Shown one piece after another: positions 52,080-64,000 of a stretch of 64,000 nt of DNA. Origin of the DNA: Octopus vulgaris (lineage: Eukaryota); assembly GCA_951406725.2 (NCBI GenBank), contig OX597824.1, positions 7,440,001 through 7,504,000 on the forward strand, in the 5' to 3' direction. The notes beneath the pieces were generated by a model. It saw nothing but the letters and a program-made list of their open reading frames with translations. It had not been told where the DNA came from and made no database searches. Each line of letters begins with the position of its first letter. Within the stretch, counting starts at the first letter, position 1. A program made the position numbers and the translations under genes.

Positions 52080-52750
52080 ATAACAAAGAGCCCCTTCAAG
52101 TTTCCCGACTCTCCTTTATCCTCTCTTACATTCTTCTTACTCTTCATTCTTGTAGGACAGTCAAAACTCAGGTGTCTTTTTTCACCACATTCTATTCTAA
52201 ATGTGAACTTTCTACTGCCGTCCTTGTGCCCTTGTGCTTCTTGTTCCCTTGTGCTTCTTGTGCCTTGGTTTCCCACAGTGCCAGCAATTTCCTCCAATCA
52301 TCTCTTGTTCTCTCTTCTTTAAACAGCCTTCTCTTTTATGCCCTGACTTCTCGCTGTATCAACAACCTTCATTAAGTCTTCCTGCTTCAGGTACTTGCCC
52401 CTGGTTTAATTCCTTAGCCTCTGACAACTGGCTAAGCACCTCTAGTGCAACGCCCGCCAGGCCAGTAGCAAGCTGAACTGCTCTTTGCGAATCGTAGCAC
52501 CTATTCTGGTCAGCCAGCAGCTGAAACTGGACACAGTAGGCAAGCACCATGTTGCTTTCACCATGTTGCTTGCGCCATGTGTCCAACTGTCTTGAAGTCG
52601 TGTAGGCTGCGCTTTCTGCTTTTACTTAAACTCAGTCAGTCGATCACATTGGTCTTGTAGTATTTTCATGTTTGTAGCCAAAAACACATCTTCTTCCCAT
52701 GCCTGTCTCTTTGTGTGCACTCTTTTCAACTCCATAACGAATAATTGGCT
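52080..52750 (-). pseudogene. Degenerate Gypsy gag
   Basis: AYCVQFQLLADQN..D.QRAVQLATGLAGVALEVLSQL (retrotransposon gag-like) plus a decayed zinc knuckle ECGEKRHLSFDCP. Frameshifts and stops present. Confidence 0.75.
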
Positions 52751-52766
52751 CACTGCAGCAATAAAA

Positions 52767-52784
52767 ATCCTACATCTGATACCA
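52767..52784 (-). promoter_or_regulatory. Primer-binding site TGGTATCAGATGTAGGAT (tRNA-Leu-like)
   Basis: Directly follows the LTR end. Resembles TGGTGTCAGAAGTGGGAT, the complement of the tRNA-Leu 3' end. Confidence 0.62.
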
Positions 52785-52786
52785 AA

Positions 52787-53188
52787 TGTTGCAAAATGGG
52801 GTCCCTTGACACTAACACGGATCCAACAGTCGAGTCAGCAGCAAGGAAACCGCAAGCCAGCCCAGCAAATCAACTTGCTTAGAGTGGAAGAAGTAGTCGG
52901 ATGTGTCTGGATGTTTTGTGTAACATCTTCATTACCAAATTCACACCTGACGTTTGTTTACGTTGCCAACGTAACACCGACAATTTTCGCAGCCAACTTC
53001 ACACTGACTCTTCCATTTTACTGTTTGTTTTCGATGTAACCGACACCGTGCGTTCTTTACGATGCCAACTGACAGCGCGCTTTCCTCCATCATTTCAAAT
53101 CGTCCGCCACACGGCAAAGACGCACAAAAATTTGTAGCATACTTCAAATCTGTCACACGATCAATAAAGTTATTTCTCCTTCGTAACA
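52787..53188 (-). mobile_element. Gypsy-type 5' LTR (~400 bp)
   Basis: The minus strand starts TGTTACG and ends GCAACA, followed 2 nt later by a PBS and then a gag relic. Confidence 0.7.
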
Positions 53189-53586
53189 TCTTTATATATA
53201 AAAGTGAAGTTGTGTGTCTGTCTCCTACGATTTAGATTCCTAACTACTCCCACATTTTGCGGTGCAGTTTAACCAAAACCGGGTATCTTATAGTCGTGAT
53301 TCATATCGAGCCCTTCTGGGTATTAGCGCGCGTCTACGATGAGTCTACGATTTAAAAAAAAATTACCATCATTTTTTTCCATTTTAATGCATTTTTTCGC
53401 TATTATATAAAGGAAGTAACTCTCTAAAAAATGTCTACGATGAGTCAACAATTTAAAAAAAAATTTACCATAATTTTTTTTCCATTTTTAATGCATTTTT
53501 TTGCTATTTTTTGGCTATAACTCTCTAAAAATGCTTATATAGTTATTTCCCTTACAAACCCGAGCAACACCGGGCGATACTGCTAG
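53189..53586 (+). mobile_element. Non-autonomous Helitron (same termini, different interior)
   Basis: A|TCTTTATATATAAAAGTGAAGTTG...CCCGAGCAACACCGGGCGATACTGCTAG|T. Confidence 0.87.
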
Positions 53587-53960
53587 TTATATATATATAT
53601 TCTTTTATTCTTTTACTTGTTTCAGTCATTTGACTGCGGCCATGTTGGAGCACTGCTTGAAGAGTTTTAGCCGAACAAAACGACCCCAGGAATTAAAAAA
53701 ATTTTTACAGCCTTGTACTTATTTTATTAGGTTTTATTGCCGAACCGCTAAGTTACGGATGCGTAAACACACGAACACCGGTTGTCAAGCTGTGGTGAGT
53801 GAACAAACGCAGTCACAAAGACACATGCACACACACACATACACATATATATGTTGGGGTGTGCGTGTTTGTGGGTGCGTTAGTGTATGCTCTGGTTAAA
53901 CTCTTTGCCAGGCTCCAAGGTATTGGTGGACGGCTGAAGCTGGGGGTCTGGTGATTATAG

Positions 53961-54203
53961 TCATGATGGGACACGCAGGTAGGATAGGATGTACTTCCTT
54001 TCGTGTGGGCAATGAATAAAAGTTTCACTTCTGCTATTCACGTAAATGCCTGAGTGCTGGGTGCTCTTTATAATCACTCTTTTCTCAGCCAGGCATAACC
54101 TGCACTTCCTGCTGCTGCTATCGAAGTACAGTTTACATTTCTCTAGGATCTTCCACTTTATGCTGTACTCAGTGGCGCTTTCTTTCAAAGACCAAAGGTG
54201 CAT
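53961..54203 (-). mobile_element. Penelope-like element relic, C-terminal GIY-YIG endonuclease region
   Basis: LWSLKE..YSIKWKILEK..Y..S.RKCRLCLAEK.II....N.RSE.F..CPH resembles the PLE C-terminus (W.I...A..Y......C.LCL.EK..I...LNKR.E...CRH). Confidence 0.8.
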
Positions 54204-54465
54204 AAGATAAAAAAAAAATGGAAGTAGGTCAGAATGTGTGCCATACTTTCAAAATGTGTCAGATTCAACAGAAACACACACAAGAGCAAATAAAAACAAT
54301 CAGATCCTTCATTCTAAAGTGGTGTTAAATAAAAATAGAAACTTCGTCATCGACGAATTAATTGCTCCATAAAATTATTTCTTAAAATATTTCCACAATC
54401 TTAAAAAACTTAAATCTGTCGGAAGGGTTCAACGATTATCAAGAAATAGGACACATTCTCTAAAG

Positions 54466-54980
54466 CAGTGCTTCTCAACCCCTTCTTAAATCACTTCTGT
54501 CTTCTGTAAATACTTTTTTAATGTCCCCTTGTTACGATTCAATAAAATCAAATACGCCACATATAAATATTGAAAGATATGCACACACAAGTCAGAACGT
54601 AACCCAACACTACAGGTGCAGTGGTTGCATGTATGCAACAGATTTTGACAATGTCTGAAATCGTACTTTTGTTTCTTGTTTATAATTTACACACATTATT
54701 GTTATCTTTGTATTCGGTTTTGTTCATTGACTTTTACACATTCCCACGTCTGTTATCATTGTCATAATCGCTATGACTCTGGCTGACAAACAGTCTAATA
54801 TATTTTACAGTTGATAATGCTTCAAAAGCCAATGTTTAAATTGAAGACAAAGAATTTTTTAAAAAACTGTGCAGGTGCAACCATCGCTCCCTACCATTTC
54901 CTGTGTCTCCAGTAACCATAAAAAATCCTTTTACTGTTCACCCCCACTAAGGGTGGTATCACCCACTTTGCGACGAACTG
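54466..54980. mobile_element. Non-autonomous hAT (Charlie-like) element
   Basis: CAGTGCTTCTCAA...TTGCGACGAACTG with a perfect 8-bp TSD CTCTAAAG (54458-65 and 54981-88). Confidence 0.88.
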
Positions 54981-55313
54981 CTCTAAAGGTTTTCCTAGAT
55001 TATGTACACAGACATGACAGAAGTAAATAGACACGCATGATCGTTAAAATTTATTTAAATCTGAAATTATACGTTCAAAATATTTATTAATTATTATCAA
55101 AACATCAAAATTCAGTGAAGAATCGCTGGAACTCCTGACTTACGCTTTTATCAGCAATACTAAAATACCCCAACAAGCACAACTACAACAGAATGTTGAA
55201 TTGTCAAGATATCGTTTTTTGAAATGTATTTCAAGTTGCATATCAAGGCTTGAGGAGACAGCTGCCAATGAGTTCTTATGCCCTTGACATATATTGTGTG
55301 TCTGTGTGTATAT

Positions 55314-55641
<328 letters not shown>

Positions 55642-55656
55642 AGAGGAGTAAGACAC

Positions 55657-56210
55657 ACAGACATGACAAAAGTAAATAGACACCCTTAAAATCATTAAAA
55701 TTTATTTAAATCTGAAATTATACATTCAAATTATTTTTTAATTATTATAATGTGAATATTTAATATTCAGTAGACGTGCCCTTTGCATTTTTCAATGCAA
55801 GGACCCTATTAGGTATGTTACTGATCAGATGACGAATATTCTCTTGAGGAATTTCTTGCCGAGTTTCATGCAGTGATCTCAAAGGATCTGGTTTTTAGGT
55901 TGCTTTCTTCTTTTTATGAAACGACCTGTCCATTATGCTCCAGAGGTGTCCAATGGGGTTCATATCTGGGGACTGGCCTGACCATAGAAGCGTCTTAATG
56001 CCATTATCTTCCAGCCATTCTTAGGTCATTTTAGCCGTGTGACAAGGAGCTCCATCTTCCATAAATAAAGAGTCTTCTTTAATCAGTTCAACACTGGAGA
56101 AGATTAGAAGTTGTCCTTTCAACAATAAGGACACATATTTATCTGAGTTTATGGTTCCATCACATTTCATCAACTCTAATCGACCATTGCTCCAAATTGC
56201 TCTCACGAAT
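55657..56210 (-). pseudogene. Tc1-type transposase C-terminal relic with terminal repeat
   Basis: GTINSDKYV.LL...FMEDGAPCHTAK..*EWL..NGI..L.W.GQSPDMNPI.HLW. The terminus cacagacatgacaaaagtaaatagacac also recurs at ~55007. Confidence 0.85.
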
Positions 56211-56524
56211 AACCAACGTATTTCATCGTTGGCTGCAATCTTTTCACGTCAAATTCTTGATCACAGAGTCTCCAGACCCACACTCGACAATTGTAAGAAA
56301 CATTTGACTACGGCCATGCTGGGGCATCGCCCTAAACAGATTAGTCGAACAAATCGACTTCAGTATATGTATATATTAATGCCTGGAACTTATTTTGTTG
56401 GTCTCTTTTACCGAACTGCTAAGGTACGGGGATATGAACAAGCCAGCATCGGGTGTCAAGATGAGATGCGACAAATACAAAGATGCATCTGAGAATTTGG
56501 TCGATTCAGTGTTATATACATACA

Positions 56525-56605
<81 letters not shown>

Positions 56606-56703
56606 ATATTACATATACATATATATATATACATATATATTAGTATATATATTATATTTATATATATATATATATACATACATATATATACATATATATA
56701 CAC

Positions 56704-56755
<52 letters not shown>

Positions 56756-56785
56756 GTATCTATCTATCTATCTATCTATTATCTA

Positions 56786-56825
<40 letters not shown>

Positions 56826-57002
56826 ATATAAATTAATATATATATATGTATGTATCTATCTCTATATATACCATATATAGACATACACACACACATATAT
56901 ATATATATAAATTATAATTATACCTTTAAATTGGTATTTTAATATGCACACACTTTTTTAATGAATTTTTTTATATATAAAAAATCTTCTATCCTATATA
57001 TA

Positions 57003-57065
<63 letters not shown>

Positions 57066-58318
57066 TATATATATATATGTATGTATCTATCTCTATATAT
57101 ACATATATAGACATACACACACACATATATATATATATATAATTATAATTATACCTTTAAAGGTATTTTAATATGCTGCCACTTTTTTAATGAATTTTTT
57201 TCTGTAAAAAAGCTTCATATATATATATATATATATATATCTCAGAGTAAGCACATAAATGTGAAACAGGATGGAAAAATAGTACTCGAATACCGGAATT
57301 AGAGTAATATGCTTTATTAATAAAGCTGAAAAGACATCTAAAAAAAACTGTTACTCAGAGTTTTTTTTACCTCTAATTATTTCTTTGTATAGTAGTGTTC
57401 ACTTGCTTAATAAATATTGCCTTCATTATTTTATCGCAGTCATAAATATCTGACCAAAGAGGTTTCCGCATACAAACAAGAATAGGTAATCGGTTTACAG
57501 AAAGTCGTTGATGATTTGATGGAAGATGCTGGCAAATCAACGGGAAGAGAGGCAGAGGTTGATGAAGCCCAACGTGGCCGAAATGCATCAAGCGTTCTCG
57601 TTAGCCACTATTGGGACGTCTTCTATATATATATATATTGTGTTTCGAAACATAATACGTCCATAAGAGATGTTATCTTTGGACGTGTAACGTAGTATAT
57701 TTCCCTTCAATTGAATGTTCACATTAATTATGATACAAAGACGTTGCCACTATTGGTAAAATGACCGCTGTGCAGATAACAAGTGAAACGTGCTATATCT
57801 GATTTATTTATTCGTTGCCATGGACCCCCCACCCTTTCGATAAGTGAGAAGAAAAAAGTAAAGAAGTAGAAAATTAAAACTTGTTGATAAATTAAGTAGA
57901 TAGTGTTAGAAAAAGCAGAACCACTCTTAAGTGTGTTAATGTCTGAATATATATAACTATTTCTTTATTACCCACAAGGAGCTAAACACAGAGAGGACAA
58001 ACAAGGACAGACAAACGGATTAAGTCGATTATATCGACTCCAGTGCGTAACTGGTACTTATTTCATCGACCCCGAAAGGATGAAAGGCAAAGTTGACCTC
58101 GGCGGAATTTGAACTCAGAACGTAGCGGCAGACGAAATGCCTATTTTGTTTTAATTTGTTTTATTTTGGTAATTGTGGGGTTATCTTGGAGTAAAGTGTT
58201 GGCAGGTTGACGATGATAACTAACTTCCCCAATTTCACGCAAGGACACAGATACACCATTCTGTCAAACGACTGTCATGCTTCTATTTCACAAACGATAT
58301 CCATGTATTTTGTATTCG

Positions 58319-58368
<50 letters not shown>

Positions 58369-58479
58369 AAATATACATCTTTCAACTAGGTTTCTCGGTG
58401 ACAACACGTTTTTGCCCATTCACAGATTACACAATGTAAAACATGTTTTGTTTATTTGTATTTTTTAATGTTCATATAT

Positions 58480-59070
58480 GCATTTTTTTGCCACTAAATT
58501 CAAAAATCACATTCATTTTTACCTAACATCGATAGTTATTTATTTATTCCTAATTTCATATTTGCTCGTTATATTTGTAACTTTTCTCTACAGCATTTTG
58601 TTGGTTCAATCAATTCTAGTATTGTAAGGATAATTACACCACGTTTAGTACTTTTTCATATATTGAAAGGTATTTAGGAAGTATAATATTAGTTAGAACA
58701 AAAAGAAACAATAAAACTCTGCACTGTAAATGCCTCGATAACTCTTTTCTTAAGATGAGAAGTGCTTTAACGATCGAGATTTTCTGGAGTGTACACCTTC
58801 ATCTCTTCTGACTAGAGACCATATATCATCTCCCATTATAGCAGTATTCCATCGTCCTAGGTATCTTCTTTTCATAGTTGCGATGTTCTGGTGCTCCTCA
58901 CTGACATCACCCAAGTTTTCGGGGAAAAATCTAGGTGAGAGTGCAAAAAATGAACCTTTAAGTACATACGACAACCAATTTTCTTGAAGTTTTCAATAAG
59001 CTTTGCTACCAGCTGTTTGTAATTAGGATCTTTGTGATTTCCTAGGAAAGTCGACATATTTTTTAAACTC
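58480..59070 (-). pseudogene. DNA transposase C-terminal relic (superfamily uncertain, possibly Sola-like)
   Basis: FLGNHKDPNYKQLV..L..NF.KIGCRM.LKVHFLHSHLDF / FPENLGDVSEEH...IATM.RRY.GRWN..MGD.IWSL, frameshifted. This motif is widespread in invertebrate transposases. Confidence 0.72.
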
Positions 59071-59285
59071 TCTCTCTTACTCTTTACTCTTTTACTTGTT
59101 TCAGTCATTTGACTGCGGCCATGCTGGAGCACCGCCTTTAGTCGAGCAAATCGACCCCGGGACTTATTCTTTGTAAGCCCAGTACTTATTCTATCGGTCT
59201 CTTTTTGCCGAACCGCTAAGTAACGGGGACGTAAACACACCAGCATCGGTTGTCAAGCAATGCTAGGGGGACAAACACAGACACA

Positions 59286-59345
<60 letters not shown>

Positions 59346-59645
59346 CATATATATACATATATACGACGGGCTTCTTTCAGTTTCCGTCTACCAAATCCAC
59401 TCGCAAGGCATTGGTGGGCCCGGGGCTATAGCAGAAGACACTTGCTCAAGATGCCACGCAGTGGGACTGAACCCGGAACCATGTGGTTGGTAAGCAAGCT
59501 ACTTACCACACAGCCACTCCTGCGCCTCTGTTGATGATACATGAAAAATAATTTCATTTTTGGAATCAGCAGAAAAAATGGATTCATAAACAATAAAAAA
59601 AATACAATAAACAATTTTTTATTTGAAAATTGTTACCTTGTGTTA

Positions 59646-59865
59646 TTTACCATCAATTTTCCCCATTTTTGATGCATTTTTTGGCATATATAAGGGAAGT
59701 AACTCTCTAAAAATTTATAATTAAATCTCAGAACGTAAAAAGCTACAGTAACACCCCCCCTTTGTGGTTAGCCATATTGAGATGGCTATTATACTTTACA
59801 TCTCTAAAAATGCTTATATAGTTATTTCCCTTACAAACCCGAGCAACGCCGGGCGATACTGCTAG
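59646..59865 (+). mobile_element. Helitron 3' part (53.2-kb family)
   Basis: Shares aagtaactctctaaaa and ...aaacccgagcaacgccgggcgatactgctag|t. Confidence 0.8.
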
Positions 59866-59869
59866 TATA

Positions 59870-61042
<1,173 letters not shown>

Positions 61043-61081
61043 TTCAGAGTTAGCTTTTTGTTGATGATATGTTATTGTTTA

Positions 61082-61196
<115 letters not shown>

Positions 61197-61211
61197 TCTC
61201 TCTCTCTCTCT

Positions 61212-61268
<57 letters not shown>

Positions 61269-61287
61269 GTATCTATGTATCTATCTA

Positions 61288-61323
<36 letters not shown>

Positions 61324-61328
61324 CATCC

Positions 61329-61408
<80 letters not shown>

Positions 61409-61452
61409 CTCTCTCTCTATCTCTGTATCTCTCTATCTTCTCTCTCTCTCTG

Positions 61453-61525
<73 letters not shown>

Positions 61526-61611
61526 ATTATATATATGTACTTACTCGGAAATGGATGCGTCGCAATCGATTAAATAATAAATAATATATAATATATATGT
61601 ATATAATAAAT

Positions 61612-61672
<61 letters not shown>

Positions 61673-63199
61673 CATGCATATATGGATACAGGGCGTCACC
61701 AACGGTGCAAATAGCATGAAATATATAAATAAATGAGGGAAAAACGAGTGAAATACGCAAACAAGAAGTAATAGAAAACAGGGCAAGTAAACAGAGACAA
61801 AGGAGCCTTCATCAGTTGTCAGCTGTTTATCTACTCTTCATTTCGAGCATTTAACGACAATATGAGTATTCAAAGACAGTTGCTCCCATAAATTCTAGAA
61901 TAAAATTTAAGATTTATGGAGGGTCAAAGTTGGGAACAAAAAAATTACAGTTTCTATTTTCTTGTATGTCTCCGCTGTAATTTCTTTTGGTTCCCAACTT
62001 TGACCCCTTTTTCTATAATTTGACGAATCGTAATAACTGGGGAATTCATCTCGAACGGCTTAATCACGTATCTCAAGGATTACATCGTTGCAGGAGACGG
62101 AGAAATAGAAATCATATACATTTGGGCAAGTGTCGTCTACTATAGCCTCGGGCCGACCAAAGCCTTGTGAGTGGATTTGGTAGACGGAAACTGAAAGAAA
62201 CCCGTCGTATATATGTATATATATATATGTGTATGTGTGTGTGTGTGTTTGTGTGTTGTGTTTGTCCCCCTAGCATTGCTTCACAACCGATGCTGGTGTG
62301 TTTCTGTCCCCGTTACTTAGCGGTTCGGCAAAAGAGACCGATAGAATAAGTACTAGGCTTACAAAGAATAAGTCCCGGGGTCGAGTTGCTCGATTAAAGG
62401 CGGTGCTCCAGCATGGCCGCAGTCAGATGACTGAAACAAGTACAAGAGTAAAAGAGTATTTATGTTTCTGGATTGCTCATGAAAGAGAGGGTTTAATAAA
62501 CCAAATATTCGGTCCCGAAGAAAAAGACAAAGTGCTGTTTCAGATAATTATTTTAAAAAACCATTTGAACGAACATTTAAAATCATGCACGTGTATTCTC
62601 CGAACACTTTTATTAAAATAATAATCTCACTTGTATAATGAAGATGGACCAGTCAGCTGAACGGGCTAAATAGAACGAAATAATTAACACAAGATTGTAA
62701 ATTCGGGGATAAGGCTTGGTACATTGTTAACTGTTTGATATGTAATCAAATCGTCATGTTTTTTTTTTCGCCATCAAGAAACATACTATGCCTGGCCTGT
62801 TTAAGCAATTCTTATCGCATAAACAGACCAGGAATTGCGCATTTCTTAACGAAAATATTAGGGTTATGACTTTCTGATTTTTTTAGAAGTAATCAATTTC
62901 CTGTATCAAAAGTTGATGAACAATTTCATATAAGTAGGGAAAATACCTTTTATTTTAAGTTTTTTCTTTTTAAAAAAGTCACCCCAAACTGAAGAAATCA
63001 GACACCCTTTTTGACCCAAATCATGCAAAATTTTAGTTGGGGTTTATAATGCTTACTGAAGTGTTTACGAATTGGTGTGCTGATTTAATGAAAATCAGAA
63101 ACAGTATATCTCAAATTTCACCTTTCAAGTTGAAGTAGTTTAGGAGTTATAGAGTTTTTAATTTGTTACCACTTAGGCCCTACTTTAGGAAATATCCTC

Positions 63200-63745
63200 T
63201 CTCTCTCATGTTTAGTTCTTTGACGCAAAAAGAAAAGTGCTTGTGTCACCCAAAGAAACAAAAAAATTTGGACGAAGAATCTCGTGCAATTTTAAGACTC
63301 ACATAGGAAAAGACGACCTGATCCTCTAGAAGAGCATTTTTTGGAAAACAACTGCAGGATACCAAAGAAACTTCAAATTATCGGTCGCTACCTGTTCCGA
63401 AGAGGTGCCATCAAAGGAAGGAAAGAAAGAGCAAAGGAAATTTCGAAAGAAGTAACTTTTTTTATGACAAAAGAAATTAAATTTCTCATATTTATCAACT
63501 TAAAATGTGCAAGCAAAAGTAGAAAAAGTGCTGAATACCTACGTTGAATGTGTAAAACAAGCAAAATACGATTCATTGAAAGGAATTTTTGACATCACAA
63601 AGGAAAACGGTGAATGGCTGTGCAGTGAGGATAGAAGGTTATATTATCTTCAGATTGAAAGCAAGGGGCAGGTTGGGTATGCAACTGGAAAGGCAGCCAG
63701 TTCCAAAACTGTCCATCCACCCAAAAGAAGAAAAGTGTCCTGAAT
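63200..63745 (+). pseudogene. Probable DNA transposase N-terminal relic (tentatively hATm-like)
   Basis: Two overlapping frames: IPKKLQIIGRYLF...AKEISKEV / VQAKVEKVLNTY...IFDI....WL.SEDRRLY..Q. Broken by a frameshift and cut by a SINE. Confidence 0.45.
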
Positions 63746-64000
63746 GCCACTCCAGTGTCATTCAGGGAAAAGCTGATACTCTTTACTCTTTCACTTGTTT
63801 CAGTCATTTGACTGCGGCCATGCCGGAGCACCGCCTTTAATCGAGCAACTCGACCCCGGGATTTATTCTTTTGTAAGCCCAGTACTTATTCTATCGGTCT
63901 CTTTTGCCGAACCGCTAAGTAACGGGTACGTAAACACACCAGCATCGGTTGTGAAGCAATGCTAGGGGGACAAACACAGACACACAAACACACACACACA

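Noticed and set aside
56840-57240. Tandem ~150-bp duplication between (TA)n tracts (a similar one at ~19180-19870)
   Set aside because: Explained by slippage/unequal exchange or local assembly error; no functional signal.

Overview
This is AT-rich, repeat-dense eukaryotic DNA, most likely from an octopus. That assignment is inferred from the very abundant tRNA-derived SINE families, the microsatellites and the invertebrate-type gene; it is not proven. One protein-coding gene can be fully reconstructed: a PQBP1 (polyglutamine-binding protein 1) homologue on the + strand, 27935..40761. It has 7 coding exons with GT-AG introns in consistent phase, 855 nt / 284 aa, a WW domain and a C-terminal YxxPxxVL motif. 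Nearly all other long ORFs in the track are microsatellite or SINE artefacts. The rest of the window is SINEs and relics of RTE and R4/Dong LINEs, Penelope, Gypsy (LTR+PBS+gag, integrase), mariner, Tc1, hAT, piggyBac-like MITEs and non-autonomous Helitrons. The most striking structure is a short element with a tRNA-like Pol III head and a Penelope-type minimal hammerhead ribozyme in its tail. Two head-to-head copies of it form a ~500-nt hairpin inside PQBP1 intron 6. A second, unrelated hammerhead-bearing palindrome lies at ~13.3 kb, and a ~0.9-1.1 kb inverted repeat pair brackets 51.2-61.0 kb. Repeat coordinates were read by eye and are approximate unless termini are quoted.
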